Positions 34,089 to 49,249 are shown, counted from the stretch's first letter. The stretch: DNA of 64,000 nt from Escherichia coli (GCF_003334385.1 NZ_QOWN01000017.1); one strand, 5' to 3'. Numbers and translations: made by a program. The notes: generated by a model not told the origin, from the sequence alone.

Positions 34089-35129
34089 ATGATCACCATT
34101 CGTGATGTAGCGCGTCAGGCTGGCGTCTCTGTGGCAACGGTTTCCCGGGTGCTCAATAACAGCACGCTGGTCAGTGCCGACACGCGTGAAGCAGTAATGA
34201 AAGCCGTGAGTGAGCTGGATTATCGGCCAAACGCCAATGCCCAGGCGCTGGCAACTCAGGTTAGCGACACCATTGGCGTGGTGGTGATGGACGTTTCTGA
34301 TGCGTTTTTCGGCGCGCTGGTAAAAGCGGTGGATCTGGTCGCTCAGCAGCATCAGAAATACGTGCTAATCGGCAATAGCTATCATGAAGCGGAAAAAGAG
34401 CGTCACGCCATTGAGGTGTTAATTCGCCAGCGTTGTAATGCGTTGATTGTTCACTCAAAAGCATTGAGTGACGATGAACTGGCGCAATTTATGGATAACA
34501 TTCCCGGTATGGTGTTAATCAACCGCGTTGTGCCGGGGTACGCCCATCGTTGCGTTTGCCTGGATAATCTCAGCGGTGCCCGAATGGCGACGCGCATGTT
34601 GCTGAATAACGGTCATCAACGTATTGGTTATCTTTCTTCCAGCCACGGCATTGAAGATGACGCCATGCGTAAAGCAGGCTGGATGAGTGCGTTGAAAGAG
34701 CAGGATATTATTCCGCCGGAAAGCTGGATTGGCGCTGGTACGCCGGACATGCCGGGCGGTGAGGCGGCGATGGTTGAACTGCTGGGGCGCAATCTACAAC
34801 TTACCGCTGTATTTGCTTATAACGACAATATGGCCGCTGGCGCACTGACAGCATTAAAAGATAATGGCATTGCGATTCCGTTACATCTCTCAATCATCGG
34901 TTTCGATGATATTCCCATCGCCCGTTACACCGACCCGCAATTAACGACCGTGCGTTATCCCATTGCTTCAATGGCGAAATTAGCCACCGAACTGGCCTTG
35001 CAGGGGGCAGCAGGCAATATTGATCCTCGTGCCAGCCACTGTTTTATGCCGACGTTAGTGCGTCGCCATTCTGTCGCAACACGCCAGAATGCGGCGGCGA
35101 TCACTAACTCAACAAATCAGGCGATGTAA
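34089..35129 (+). CDS. galS: galactose operon isorepressor GalS (LacI family)
   Basis: Track ORF 34083..35129; start [23 protein letters not shown] (LacI HTH) gives 346 aa. Confidence 0.85.
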
Positions 35130-35158
35130 CCGCTTTCAATCTGTGAGTGATTTCACAG
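35125..35158 (+). promoter_or_regulatory. mglBAC promoter: gal operator-like site adjacent to consensus CRP site
   Basis: tgtaaccgctttcaat (35125-35140) gal-operator-like; tgtgagtgatttcaca (35143-35158) is a near-perfect CRP palindrome; about 250 bp upstream of mglB. Confidence 0.6.
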
Positions 35159-35408
35159 TATCTTAACAATGTGATAGCTATGATTGCACCGTTTTAACGT
35201 TGTAACCCGTATGTAACAGTGAATAATCACTTTTGCCGAGGTAACAGCGTCATAACAACAATTAAAGCCGTTTTCTGGAGCGTTACCGGGCATGGAAGAA
35301 CGAATTTTAAAAAGTGAGCTTCGGCGTTCAGTAACACTTCATTAACTCTACTGCCCCGCCGAGCATTTATCTCAAGCACTACCCTGCATAAGAAAAACCG
35401 GAGATACC

Positions 35409-36407
35409 ATGAATAAGAAGGTGTTAACCCTGTCTGCTGTGATGGCCAGCATGTTATTCGGTGCCGCTGCACACGCTGCTGATACTCGCATTGGTGTAAC
35501 AATCTATAAGTACGACGATAACTTTATGTCTGTAGTGCGCAAGGCTATTGAGCAAGATGCGAAAGCCGCGCCAGATGTTCAGCTGCTGATGAATGATTCT
35601 CAGAATGACCAGTCCAAGCAGAACGATCAGATCGACGTATTGCTGGCGAAAGGGGTGAAGGCACTGGCAATCAACCTGGTTGACCCGGCAGCTGCGGGTA
35701 CGGTGATTGAGAAAGCGCGTGGGCAAAACGTGCCGGTGGTTTTCTTCAACAAAGAACCGTCTCGTAAGGCGCTGGATAGCTACGACAAAGCCTACTACGT
35801 TGGCACTGACTCCAAAGAGTCCGGCATTATTCAAGGCGATTTGATTGCTAAACACTGGGCGGCGAATCAGGGTTGGGATCTGAACAAAGACGGTCAGATT
35901 CAGTTCGTACTGCTGAAAGGTGAACCGGGCCATCCGGATGCAGAAGCACGTACCACTTACGTGATTAAAGAATTGAACGATAAAGGCATCAAAACTGAAC
36001 AGTTACAGTTAGATACCGCAATGTGGGACACCGCTCAGGCGAAAGATAAGATGGACGCCTGGCTGTCTGGCCCGAACGCCAACAAAATCGAAGTGGTTAT
36101 CGCCAACAACGATGCGATGGCAATGGGCGCGGTTGAAGCGCTGAAAGCACACAACAAGTCCAGCATTCCGGTGTTTGGCGTCGATGCGCTGCCAGAAGCG
36201 CTGGCGCTGGTGAAATCCGGTGCACTGGCGGGCACCGTACTGAACGATGCTAACAACCAGGCGAAAGCGACCTTTGATCTGGCGAAAAACCTGGCCGATG
36301 GTAAAGGTGCGGCTGATGGCACCAACTGGAAAATCGACAACAAAGTGGTCCGCGTACCTTATGTTGGCGTAGATAAAGACAACCTGGCTGAATTCAGCAA
36401 GAAATAA
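35409..36407 (+). CDS. mglB: periplasmic D-galactose/D-glucose-binding protein MglB
   Basis: 332 aa with signal peptide ([11 protein letters not shown]). Confidence 0.9.
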   Translation: MNKKVLTLSAVMASMLFGAAAHAADTRIGVTIYKYDDNFMSVVRKAIEQDAKAAPDVQLLMNDSQNDQSKQNDQIDVLLAKGVKALAINLVDPAAAGTVIEKARGQNVPVVFFNKEPSRKALDSYDKAYYVGTDSKESGIIQGDLIAKHWAANQGWDLNKDGQIQFVLLKGEPGHPDAEARTTYVIKELNDKGIKTEQLQLDTAMWDTAQAKDKMDAWLSGPNANKIEVVIANNDAMAMGAVEALKAHNKSSIPVFGVDALPEALALVKSGALAGTVLNDANNQAKATFDLAKNLADGKGAADGTNWKIDNKVVRVPYVGVDKDNLAEFSKK

Positions 36408-36415
36408 GACTGATT

Positions 36416-36440
36416 GGGCGCAGTCTATTACTGCGCCCTT
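36416..36440 (+). terminator. intra-operon hairpin between mglB and mglA (attenuating terminator-like)
   Basis: gggcgcagt ctatt actgcgccc followed by TTATT. Confidence 0.45.
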
Positions 36441-36467
36441 ATTGTATGGCCAACAAGGTAAAATTAT

Positions 36468-37988
36468 ATGGTCAGCTCAACGACTCCGTCCTCCGGGGAA
36501 TACTTGTTGGAAATGAGCGGTATCAACAAGTCCTTTCCTGGTGTTAAGGCACTTGATAACGTTAATTTAAAAGTCCGGCCACATTCTATCCATGCATTAA
36601 TGGGGGAAAACGGTGCAGGAAAATCGACATTATTAAAATGCCTGTTTGGTATTTATCAAAAAGACTCCGGCACCATTTTATTCCAGGGTAAAGAGATCGA
36701 TTTCCATTCTGCAAAAGAAGCCCTGGAAAATGGTATTTCGATGGTACACCAGGAGTTAAACCTGGTATTACAACGTTCGGTGATGGATAACATGTGGCTG
36801 GGGCGATATCCCACCAAAGGCATGTTTGTCGATCAGGACAAAATGTACCGCGAAACCAAAGCGATTTTTGACGAACTGGATATTGATATCGATCCGCGTG
36901 CGCGCGTCGGCACATTATCCGTTTCGCAAATGCAGATGATCGAAATCGCCAAAGCGTTTTCCTATAACGCGAAAATTGTGATTATGGATGAACCGACTTC
37001 TTCGTTAACCGAAAAAGAGGTCAATCATCTGTTCACTATTATTCGTAAATTAAAAGAGCGCGGCTGCGGTATTGTTTATATCTCGCATAAAATGGAAGAA
37101 ATCTTCCAGTTATGTGATGAAGTTACCGTATTGCGCGACGGTCAGTGGATCGCCACCGAACCGCTGGCAGGACTGACGATGGACAAGATCATCGCCATGA
37201 TGGTTGGGCGTTCTCTTAACCAGCGTTTCCCTGACAAAGAAAACAAACCGGGCGAAGTCATCCTCGAGGTACGTAACCTGACGTCTCTGCGCCAGCCGTC
37301 GATTCGCGATGTCTCGTTTGATCTGCATAAAGGGGAGATCCTCGGTATTGCCGGTCTGGTGGGGGCGAAACGTACCGATATTGTTGAGACGTTATTTGGT
37401 ATTCGCGAGAAATCGGCTGGCACCATAACGTTGCACGGCAAACAGATCAATAACCATAATGCCAACGAAGCCATAAACCATGGATTTGCACTGGTAACTG
37501 AGGAGCGCCGCTCAACGGGAATTTATGCCTATCTGGATATTGGTTTTAACTCGTTAATTTCCAATATTCGCAACTACAAAAATAAAGTTGGTTTACTGGA
37601 TAACTCGCGGATGAAAAGCGATACCCAGTGGGTGATTGATTCGATGCGGGTAAAAACGCCGGGTCATCGGACGCAAATTGGTTCGCTCTCCGGTGGTAAT
37701 CAGCAAAAGGTGATTATTGGTCGCTGGCTACTAACGCAACCAGAAATATTAATGCTCGATGAACCGACGCGCGGTATTGATGTCGGGGCGAAGTTTGAAA
37801 TTTATCAGTTAATTGCCGAACTGGCGAAGAAAGGCAAGGGGATTATTATTATCTCCTCTGAAATGCCTGAGTTGTTAGGGATAACAGACCGTATTCTGGT
37901 CATGAGCAATGGTCTCGTTTCCGGAATTGTCGATACAAAAACAACAACGCAAAACGAAATTCTGCGTCTTGCGTCTTTGCACCTTTAA
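36468..37988 (+). CDS. mglA: galactose/methyl-galactoside ABC transporter ATP-binding protein MglA
   Basis: 506 aa with two ABC ATPase domains (Walker [10 protein letters not shown], signature LSGGNQQK). Confidence 0.9.
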
Positions 37989-38003
37989 GATTAGGGGCTT
38001 CCC

Positions 38004-39014
38004 ATGAGTGCGTTAAATAAGAAAAGTTTTCTTACTTACCTGAAAGAGGGCGGTATTTACGTCGTTCTTTTAGTTTTGCTGGCGATTATTATTTTCCAGG
38101 ACCCAACATTTTTAAGTCTGTTGAACTTAAGTAATATTCTCACCCAGTCATCGGTGCGTATTATTATCGCGCTCGGTGTGGCAGGGTTAATTGTCACCCA
38201 GGGGACCGATCTTTCTGCTGGTCGTCAGGTAGGGCTGGCGGCAGTGGTGGCTGCGACATTATTGCAGTCCATGGATAACGCCAACAAAGTGTTCCCGGAA
38301 ATGGCGACGATGCCGATTGCGCTGGTTATTCTGATTGTCTGTGCCATTGGTGCGGTGATCGGTTTGATCAACGGTCTGATTATCGCTTATCTCAACGTGA
38401 CGCCGTTCATTACCACGCTCGGCACGATGATCATCGTCTATGGCATCAACTCGCTCTATTACGACTTTGTCGGGGCGTCGCCAATTTCTGGTTTTGACAG
38501 TGGCTTCTCTACCTTTGCTCAGGGCTTTGTCGCGCTGGGGAGTTTCCGTCTCTCTTACATCACCTTCTACGCGTTGATTGCGGTGGCGTTCGTCTGGGTG
38601 TTGTGGAACAAAACCCGCTTCGGTAAGAACATTTTTGCCATTGGCGGTAACCCGGAAGCGGCAAAAGTATCTGGTGTCAACGTCGGCCTGAACCTGCTGA
38701 TGATCTACGCGTTGTCTGGCGTGTTCTATGCCTTTGGCGGGATGTTAGAAGCCGGACGTATCGGCTCTGCCACCAACAACCTCGGCTTTATGTATGAGCT
38801 GGATGCTATCGCGGCGTGCGTGGTAGGCGGTGTATCGTTCAGCGGCGGTGTGGGGACGGTGATTGGCGTGGTGACCGGGGTAATTATTTTTACCGTCATC
38901 AACTATGGCCTGACGTATATCGGCGTAAACCCATACTGGCAGTACATCATCAAAGGGGCGATTATTATCTTCGCCGTAGCGCTGGATTCACTGAAATACG
39001 CGCGTAAGAAATGA
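38004..39014 (+). CDS. mglC: galactose ABC transporter permease MglC
   Basis: 336 aa polytopic permease directly after mglA. Confidence 0.9.
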   Translation: MSALNKKSFLTYLKEGGIYVVLLVLLAIIIFQDPTFLSLLNLSNILTQSSVRIIIALGVAGLIVTQGTDLSAGRQVGLAAVVAATLLQSMDNANKVFPEMATMPIALVILIVCAIGAVIGLINGLIIAYLNVTPFITTLGTMIIVYGINSLYYDFVGASPISGFDSGFSTFAQGFVALGSFRLSYITFYALIAVAFVWVLWNKTRFGKNIFAIGGNPEAAKVSGVNVGLNLLMIYALSGVFYAFGGMLEAGRIGSATNNLGFMYELDAIAACVVGGVSFSGGVGTVIGVVTGVIIFTVINYGLTYIGVNPYWQYIIKGAIIIFAVALDSLKYARKK

Positions 39015-39059
39015 TGTGAATGTGGTCCGCATTCGGTCATAAACGCACATAACATCATG

Positions 39060-39250
39060 ATCTGTGTGGTTTTGTAGGCCGGATAAGGCGTTCACGCCGC
39101 ATCCGGCAACAGGAGCCAAATGCCGGATGCAACGCTGGCGCGTTTTATCCGGCCTACAATAAGCTCAACATACTGATTTGTATGGTTTTGTAGGCCGGAT
39201 AAGGCGTTCAAGCCGCATCCGGCGACAGGAACCAAATGCCGGATGCGTCT
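39060..39250. repeat. BIME cluster (two REP pairs)
   Basis: Two copies of tgtaggccggataaggcgttcaNgccgcatccggc with inverted partners gccggatgc..., between mglC and preA. Confidence 0.7.
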
Positions 39251-39256
39251 CTGGTT

Positions 39257-40492
39257 TTACAACGTTACCGGGTGTTCTTTCTCGCCTTTCTTAAACTTCA
39301 CTTCCCCGAGCTCAATACAACCCACCGGGCAGACGTGACCACAAAGCAGACAACCCACACATTTCTCGGTATTACAATGCGGTGTGCGGGTTTTCTCGCT
39401 CCATTCCATCGCCTGGTGACCGCCGTCGTAACAGGAAATATAACAGCGTCCACAGCCAACACATTTATCAAGATTGATACGGGGATAGACAATATAACTG
39501 CGGTCTAAATCTTCCGCCGGGACAATATTGTTATTCGCCAGACCTACCATCTCCTGCAGCGAATCAAATCCCTGATCGGCGAGATAATGCGACAACCCGC
39601 TTGCCATATCTTCCACTATCCGATACCCGTACTGCATGATGCCGGTGGTCACCTGTAACGTTGCTGCGCCGAGCAATAAAAACTCAGCCGCATCCTCCCA
39701 GGTTTCAATGCCGCCGATACCGCTGATTGGGAAATCGCGCAGTTCTGGATGGGTGCGCATTTGCTGAATGAAGCGCAGGGCGATCGGTTTTACCGCTTTA
39801 CCGGAATATCCGGAAATACTCGATTTTCCGTTAACGATCGGCATACCGATTTTCTGATTAAGATCGATATTGGTGATGGATTTAACGGTGTTAATCGCCG
39901 CAATGCCATCTGCGCCGCCGCGCTTCGCCGCCAGCGCCACTTCGCACATATCACCGATATTCGGCGTCATCTTCGCCAGCATTGGCAGCGTGGAACCCCG
40001 TTTCACTGCCCGACAATATTTTTCTACCAGCTCCGGGCTTTGCCCGACATCGCTACCCATCGCATGAGAAGTCATTTGCGGACAGGAGAAGTTACACTCG
40101 ATCATATCCGCGCCAGCTTCTTGCACCAGGCGCGCCAGCTCCTCCCATTGCTGCTCATTTTCCCCCATGATCGAAGCGATCAATACTTTGTCCGGGTAAT
40201 CTTCCTTCAGCCGACGCAGGGCGGCCAGATTCTCTTCCAACGGATGTTCAGCAATCTGCTCCATATTTTTGAAGCCGATAAAACCGGTATCTTCTTTCAC
40301 CAGATGATCAAAACGCGGCGAGACTTCGTTGGCGATAAAAAAGCCGATCGTTTTAAACACCACACCGCCCCAACCTGTGTCGTAGGCTTTGGCACACATC
40401 TCATAGCAGTTGCCTACCGGCGAAGAAGAGAGGCAGAACGGGTTGGGAAACTTCACGCCGCAAAAAGTAATCGAAAGATCTTTCGTTAACAT
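39257..40492 (-). CDS. preA: NAD-dependent dihydropyrimidine dehydrogenase subunit PreA
   Basis: Track ORF 39257..40498; DHOD-like TIM barrel plus C-terminal 2x[4Fe-4S] ferredoxin cysteine clusters; about 411 aa from MLTKDLS. Confidence 0.85.
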   Translation of the reverse strand: MLTKDLSITFCGVKFPNPFCLSSSPVGNCYEMCAKAYDTGWGGVVFKTIGFFIANEVSPRFDHLVKEDTGFIGFKNMEQIAEHPLEENLAALRRLKEDYPDKVLIASIMGENEQQWEELARLVQEAGADMIECNFSCPQMTSHAMGSDVGQSPELVEKYCRAVKRGSTLPMLAKMTPNIGDMCEVALAAKRGGADGIAAINTVKSITNIDLNQKIGMPIVNGKSSISGYSGKAVKPIALRFIQQMRTHPELRDFPISGIGGIETWEDAAEFLLLGAATLQVTTGIMQYGYRIVEDMASGLSHYLADQGFDSLQEMVGLANNNIVPAEDLDRSYIVYPRINLDKCVGCGRCYISCYDGGHQAMEWSEKTRTPHCNTEKCVGCLLCGHVCPVGCIELGEVKFKKGEKEHPVTL

Positions 40493-41724
40493 GAGCAAGC
40501 TCCCTCTAAATAGTGATGAATCGCCTCGGCGGCTTCTTTCCCGGTTTTCACGGCATAGACCACGGTTTTGTCACCCTCAACAATATCGCCAGCAGCAAAG
40601 ACTTGCGGGTCGCGGGTCTGGTAATTTTGTGTTTTGATGGTGTTACGCTGCGGCTCTAACTCCGCAAAGGCATCTAGTCTGGCATGCTGACCGACGGCGA
40701 GAATAATTTTATCTGCCGCCATCGTCAGTTCGCCCGATAACCGTACATGCTTAAACGTGACTTTATTGCCTTCCACGGCTACTGGCGTGAATCCATCGAT
40801 GATCGAAACGCCCAGCTCCCGGGCGCTGGTAAACTCTTTTTCGCTTGCCGGAAACTCATCTAACTCTTCACGCGCTACGCAAGTTACCGCCTGACAGCCG
40901 AGAACTTTCAGCGTGCTGGCTACGTCCATCGCGACATCACCGCCGCCGATAATTAATGCGCTTTGTGGAATGCTGATATCGCCTTGCGCCTGTCGTGCAC
41001 GTTGCAAGAAGTCGACGGCAATCTCAACGTCACTATGCTCAAACAGCGGTAGCCCGGAACCGCTTGATAACCCCACGGTGACCAGTACCGCGCGGTTTTC
41101 TGCTTTCAGCTGCTCAAGGGTGAGTGTGTTACCGACTTCGTTGTTGCACTTAATGGTCACGCCCATTTTTTCAATACGGGCGATCTCTGCATCCAGCACT
41201 GATTGCGGTAACCGGAATTGCGGAATACCGTTACGCAACCAGCCACCGGGGTGCGCTTCTTTCTCATAAATCGTGACGTCATAACCCTGGTTTGTCAGTG
41301 TCACACTGGCCTGCAATCCGGCAGGACCTGCGCCAATAATCGCGACTTTGCCGAGCGTTTTAGTACCGGGCTGATAAATTTCCATTCCGGTTTGTTGTTC
41401 AAAATCAGTAACAAAACGCTGTAAGCGGCCGATATCAATGGGAGCATCAACACCGGCACGGGTACAACCGCTTTGGCATAATTTCTCCGTCGGGCACACT
41501 CTGGCACAAACGGCACCGAGGGCATTATTTTCGCGAATTGTCTCGGCAGCGCCTTTAAAATTACGAAAGTAGATTGAGCGAATAAATTTCCCCGGATCGG
41601 TCTGTGCCGGGCAAGCCTGACTACAGGGAGCGTCGTGACATAATAAACAGCGAGAGGCTTCTTTAATCGCCAGTAAAGACGTAAAAGCCGGAGTGAGTTC
41701 ATCCAGATAATTTTGTTGCGGCAT
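40486..41724 (-). CDS. preT: dihydropyrimidine dehydrogenase subunit PreT
   Basis: 412 aa; Fe-S cysteine cluster N-terminus and FAD/NAD Rossmann motif (GAGPAG). Confidence 0.85.
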   Translation of the reverse strand: MPQQNYLDELTPAFTSLLAIKEASRCLLCHDAPCSQACPAQTDPGKFIRSIYFRNFKGAAETIRENNALGAVCARVCPTEKLCQSGCTRAGVDAPIDIGRLQRFVTDFEQQTGMEIYQPGTKTLGKVAIIGAGPAGLQASVTLTNQGYDVTIYEKEAHPGGWLRNGIPQFRLPQSVLDAEIARIEKMGVTIKCNNEVGNTLTLEQLKAENRAVLVTVGLSSGSGLPLFEHSDVEIAVDFLQRARQAQGDISIPQSALIIGGGDVAMDVASTLKVLGCQAVTCVAREELDEFPASEKEFTSARELGVSIIDGFTPVAVEGNKVTFKHVRLSGELTMAADKIILAVGQHARLDAFAELEPQRNTIKTQNYQTRDPQVFAAGDIVEGDKTVVYAVKTGKEAAEAIHHYLEGACSC

Positions 41725-41917
41725 GTGATCTTCCTTAATGCTATAGGTAATTAAGGCGAGCGTTTAGTAAATAATAATGTACTGATATTAAGGCTAAGCG
41801 TGCGGGGGAATTTAAACTGTGAAAAGATTCACAAATAGCTGCGGTTAGGAATGTGATATCCGCAGCTTATCAGGTGAAGTAATAATTATTCTCAATAATT
41901 AACTGGAGAGGGGAATA

Positions 41918-43913
<1,996 letters not shown>

Positions 43914-44042
43914 GGCGTTGCCTCATAATCATGTAATGGGATAACAGTTTACGAACCCGTTGTGGCTTTATATGTGATCTGAATCTCATTAATTATGCAA
44001 CGCGTGAAACATACATCAAAAATGCGCGACGCATCGCAAATT

Positions 44043-45169
<1,127 letters not shown>

Positions 45170-45371
45170 TTAATTCGTAAAACGTGCTACCGATCACATT
45201 AAGAAATCAGCGCTTATTTTTTCGCTCCCCGGCATTACGCAATGCGCAGCGAACTCAGGCATACATCAAGCATAGAGAGGGATTGCAGTTTGCAGCAATC
45301 CCTCTTTGCAGACCTTTAATCCGCTGACCATAGGCGCTAACATAGCGCCTCATTTTTTTGCGGGTGATGAT

Positions 45372-46319
45372 ATGCGTGTGTTACTGGCACCGATGGAGGG
45401 AGTGCTTGACTCTCTGGTGCGTGAATTGCTGACCGAAGTTAACGACTACGATCTGTGCATCACCGAGTTTGTCCGCGTGGTGGATCAACTGCTGCCGGTA
45501 AAAGTCTTTCATCGCATTTGCCCTGAGCTACAAAACGCCAGCCGGACACCATCTGGTACGCTGGTGCGCGTGCAGTTGTTAGGTCAGTTCCCACAATGGC
45601 TGGCAGAGAACGCCGCCCGTGCGGTGGAGTTAGGTTCCTGGGGCGTGGATCTCAATTGCGGCTGCCCGTCGAAAACGGTTAACGGTAGCGGCGGCGGGGC
45701 GACGTTACTCAAAGATCCTGAACTCATCTACCAGGGTGCAAAAGCGATGCGTGAAGCTGTACCGGCGCATTTGCCCGTCAGCGTGAAAGTGCGTCTGGGC
45801 TGGGACAGCGGTGAGAAGAAATTTGAAATCGCCGATGCGGTTCAACAGGCTGGCGCTACGGAGCTGGTGGTGCATGGGCGGACGAAAGAGCAGGGTTACC
45901 GCGCGGAGCATATTGACTGGCAGGCGATTGGCGATATTCGCCAGCGGCTGAATATTCCGGTGATTGCCAACGGTGAAATCTGGGACTGGCAGAGCGCGCA
46001 ACAATGCATGGCGATCAGCGGTTGCGACGCAGTGATGATTGGTCGCGGGGCGCTCAATATTCCCAACCTGAGCCGGGTGGTAAAATATAACGAACCGCGA
46101 ATGCCGTGGCCGGAGGTGGTTGCTTTGCTGCAAAAATATACCCGTCTGGAAAAGCAGGGCGATACCGGGTTATATCACGTTGCGCGGATTAAACAGTGGT
46201 TGAGTTATTTGCGTAAAGAATACGATGAAGCAACGGAATTATTTCAGCATGTTCGGGTGTTGAATAATTCCCCTGATATTGCAAGGGCTATTCAGGCAAT
46301 TGATATCGAGAAACTCTAA
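45372..46319 (+). CDS. dusC: tRNA-dihydrouridine synthase C DusC
   Basis: Track ORF 45306..46319; conserved protein begins [11 protein letters not shown] (45372), 315 aa. Confidence 0.8.
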
Positions 46320-46360
46320 AAAACCATAGTGATGTTTTTTGACAATGTGTTAGCTCTTTA

Positions 46361-46625
46361 TCAATAGGCCGCACGGTTGTTTGGTGGCGTCAAAATTGCC
46401 GAGGCGTTCCCTGAAGGCCGGGGCAGCCCACATGGATGTGGGCTGAGGGCGCGTTTTACAGGGATGTTACCTCGCGCCCGACCCGGTAGCCGTAAGGGAT
46501 AAGTCGAGGGCACCGCGCAGCGGCGATTTTGTTCGCCAGAGCCCGGGGGTGCAGGGGGCGGCGGCGATTGGCCGCCCCCTGCGCGCTCCTTGCGCCAGTG
46601 ATTATATGAAGCAATGCACATGACA
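46361..46625. other. GC-rich, hairpin-dense intergenic element of unknown nature (possible structured RNA or repeat)
   Basis: About 265 bp of markedly higher GC than flanking AT-rich intergenic DNA; contains perfect inverted repeats gcagggggcggc/gccgccccctgc, gcccacat/atgtgggc, gggcgcg/cgcgccc; the 86 aa ORF called here is low-complexity and likely spurious. Confidence 0.35.
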
Positions 46626-46691
46626 GGAGCGCAACAGGATGAGAGACTGAAATATTCTCGTTATTTTCGGACCTGATGACATTAATTAATT

Positions 46692-46775
46692 TTAAAATAT
46701 CATCTTAAATACGCCAGTCACCACCAGTAGCCCAATCAGGAAAATAATCAATACAGCCCAGAGTATAATTTTCAT
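46692..46775 (-). CDS. yohP: small hydrophobic membrane protein YohP (27 aa)
   Basis: Minus-strand ORF MKIILWAVLIIFLIGLLVVTGVFKMIF; not in ORF track because under 60 aa. Confidence 0.6.
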   Translation of the reverse strand: MKIILWAVLIIFLIGLLVVTGVFKMIF

Positions 46776-46998
46776 TGGCGTTCCTTTATTTGTGAGTGCT
46801 GAATAAGTATAGGAAAAAACGAAGCCCTTTGCCGTTATCCATAAACGATTAAGATAAATCGGAAGATATCATTCACTTAGTGTATATTTTTCTGGATATG
46901 TCGTTTTATTGCCACTGATGTATTGCCACGCGAAACTAAAAAATATATCGCAACACACGGTAATCTCCGCGCACCTTTTCTTACCTGATTATTCCCCC

Positions 46999-48435
46999 AT
47001 GAATCGTGATTCCTTTTATCCAGCCATCGCCTGTTTTCCGCTGTTACTGATGCTGGCCGGGTGTGCGCCTATGCATGAAACCCGCCAGGCGTTAAGCCAG
47101 CAAACGCCCGCTGCACAAGTTGACACCGCATTACCCACGGCGCTGAAAAATGGTTGGCCAGACAGCCAATGGTGGCTGGAGTATCACGATAATCAACTCA
47201 CTTCCTTAATTAACAATGCACTACAGAACGCACCGGATATGCAGGTGGCTGAACAGCGCATTCAGCTAGCTGAAGCCCAGGCGAAGGCAGTTGCCACTCA
47301 GGATGGTCCGCAGATCGACTTTTCGGCGGATATGGAGCGGCAAAAAATGTCGGCAGAAGGCTTAATGGGGCCGTTTGCTCTGAACGATCCGGCCGCAGGT
47401 ACGACCGGCCCGTGGTACACCAACGGTACTTTTGGCTTAACGGCGGGCTGGCATCTCGATATCTGGGGAAAGAATCGGGCGGAGGTTACTGCCCGCCTGG
47501 GTACGGTTAAAGCACGGGCGGCGGAACGCGAGCAAACCCGCCAATTGCTGGCTGGCAGCGTAGCCCGCCTGTACTGGGAGTGGCAAACCCAGGCGGCGTT
47601 AAACACGGTCTTGCAGCAAATAGAAAAAGAGCAGAACACCATTATCGCGACCGATCGCCAGCTATATCAGAACGGGATTACTTCTTCAGTTGAAGGTGTG
47701 GAAACCGATATTAATGCCAGCAAAACCCGGCAGCAGCTCAACGATGTCGCGGGGAAAATGAAAATTATTGAGGCACGGTTAAGCGCACTTACAAATAACC
47801 AGACAAAGTCATTGAAGCTTAAACCGGTCGCGTTGCCGAAAGTGGCAAGCCAGCTTCCTGATGAACTGGGGTACTCCTTACTGGCCCGGCGGGCAGATTT
47901 GCAGGCGGCGCACTGGTACGTTGAGTCATCGCTAAGCACCATTGATGCGGCAAAAGCGGCATTTTATCCTGACATCAACCTGATGGCCTTCCTGCAACAG
48001 GATGCGTTGCACTTAAGCGATCTGTTCCGTCATTCCGCGCAGCAAATGGGCGTTACGGCAGGCCTGACGCTACCCATTTTCGATAGTGGTCGTCTTAACG
48101 CCAATCTCGATATCGCAAAAGCCGAAAGCAACTTGTCTATCGCCAGCTACAACAAAGCGGTGGTTGAAGCGGTGAATGACGTGGCGCGGGCAGCCAGTCA
48201 GGTTCAGACACTGGCGGAGAAAAACCAGCATCAGGCGCAAATTGAGCGCGATGCCTTGCGTGTGGTAGGTCTTGCGCAGGCGCGCTTTAACGCGGGCATC
48301 ATTGCTGGTTCCCGCGTCAGCGAAGCCAGAATCCCCGCGCTGCGTGAGCGGGCCAATGGCCTGTTATTGCAAGGGCAGTGGCTGGATGCCTCCATTCAAC
48401 TCACTGGTGCGTTGGGCGGGGGTTACAAACGCTGA
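46999..48435 (+). CDS. mdtQ: outer membrane efflux lipoprotein (OMF/NodT family) MdtQ, apparently intact
   Basis: Track ORF 46909..48435 uninterrupted; lipoprotein signal with lipobox LLMLAGC from MNRDSFYPA (46999), 478 aa; OMF-type coiled-coil/beta-barrel repeats. Confidence 0.75.
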   Translation: MNRDSFYPAIACFPLLLMLAGCAPMHETRQALSQQTPAAQVDTALPTALKNGWPDSQWWLEYHDNQLTSLINNALQNAPDMQVAEQRIQLAEAQAKAVATQDGPQIDFSADMERQKMSAEGLMGPFALNDPAAGTTGPWYTNGTFGLTAGWHLDIWGKNRAEVTARLGTVKARAAEREQTRQLLAGSVARLYWEWQTQAALNTVLQQIEKEQNTIIATDRQLYQNGITSSVEGVETDINASKTRQQLNDVAGKMKIIEARLSALTNNQTKSLKLKPVALPKVASQLPDELGYSLLARRADLQAAHWYVESSLSTIDAAKAAFYPDINLMAFLQQDALHLSDLFRHSAQQMGVTAGLTLPIFDSGRLNANLDIAKAESNLSIASYNKAVVEAVNDVARAASQVQTLAEKNQHQAQIERDALRVVGLAQARFNAGIIAGSRVSEARIPALRERANGLLLQGQWLDASIQLTGALGGGYKR

Positions 48436-48487
48436 TGATATGCGCCTTCTATACTTAACGTTTATTCAGCGTTAAGTGGAGAACTCG

Positions 48488-49249
48488 ATGGCACAGGTTG
48501 CGATTATTACCGCCTCCGATTCGGGGATCGGCAAAGAGTGCGCGTTATTACTGGCGCAGCAGGGGTTTGATATTGGTATTACCTGGCACTCAGATGAAGA
48601 AGGGGCAAAAGATACCGCGCGTGAGGTAGTTAGCCACGGCGTACGTGCGGAGATCGTGCAGCTGGATCTCGGCAATCTACCAGAAGGGGCACTGGCTCTG
48701 GAGAAACTCATTCAACGGCTGGGGCGCATTGATGTGCTGGTGAATAATGCGGGTGCAATGACCAAAGCGCCGTTTCTTGATATGGCTTTTGATGAGTGGC
48801 GCAAGATTTTTACCGTTGATGTCGATGGTGCATTCTTATGCTCGCAAATTGCGGCTCGTCAGATGGTGAAACAAGGGCAGGGCGGTCGCATCATCAACAT
48901 TACGTCGGTACATGAACATACGCCGCTGCCGGATGCCAGCGCCTACACAGCCGCTAAACATGCGCTCGGTGGGTTAACCAAAGCGATGGCGCTGGAGCTG
49001 GTCAGGCATAAGATTTTGGTGAACGCAGTCGCGCCTGGGGCGATCGCCACGCCAATGAATGGCATGGATGACAGCGACGTGAAGCCCGACGCGGAGCCTT
49101 CGATTCCCTTGCGGCGTTTTGGCGCAACGCATGAGATTGCCAGCCTGGTGGTGTGGCTTTGTTCGGAGGGCGCAAATTACACCACCGGGCAGTCGTTGAT
49201 AGTGGATGGCGGCTTTATGTTGGCGAATCCACAGTTCAACCCAGAATAG
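48488..49249 (+). CDS. yohF: short-chain dehydrogenase/reductase YohF
   Basis: Track ORF 48476..49249; SDR Rossmann motif TASDSGIG and catalytic YxxxK (YTAAK). Confidence 0.8.
   Translation: MAQVAIITASDSGIGKECALLLAQQGFDIGITWHSDEEGAKDTAREVVSHGVRAEIVQLDLGNLPEGALALEKLIQRLGRIDVLVNNAGAMTKAPFLDMAFDEWRKIFTVDVDGAFLCSQIAARQMVKQGQGGRIINITSVHEHTPLPDASAYTAAKHALGGLTKAMALELVRHKILVNAVAPGAIATPMNGMDDSDVKPDAEPSIPLRRFGATHEIASLVVWLCSEGANYTTGQSLIVDGGFMLANPQFNPE

Noticed and set aside
39060-39250. CRISPR array
   Set aside because: The repeats here are REP/BIME palindromes with variable spacing and orientation, not regularly spaced direct repeats with unique spacers; no cas genes in the window.
39749-40489. 246 aa plus-strand ORF opposite preA
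   Set aside because: Antisense shadow ORF within the preA coding region.
46361-46621. 86 aa minus-strand ORF in the GC-rich element
   Set aside because: Pro/Gly/Ala-rich low-complexity product with no RBS; the region is better explained as structured non-coding DNA or RNA.
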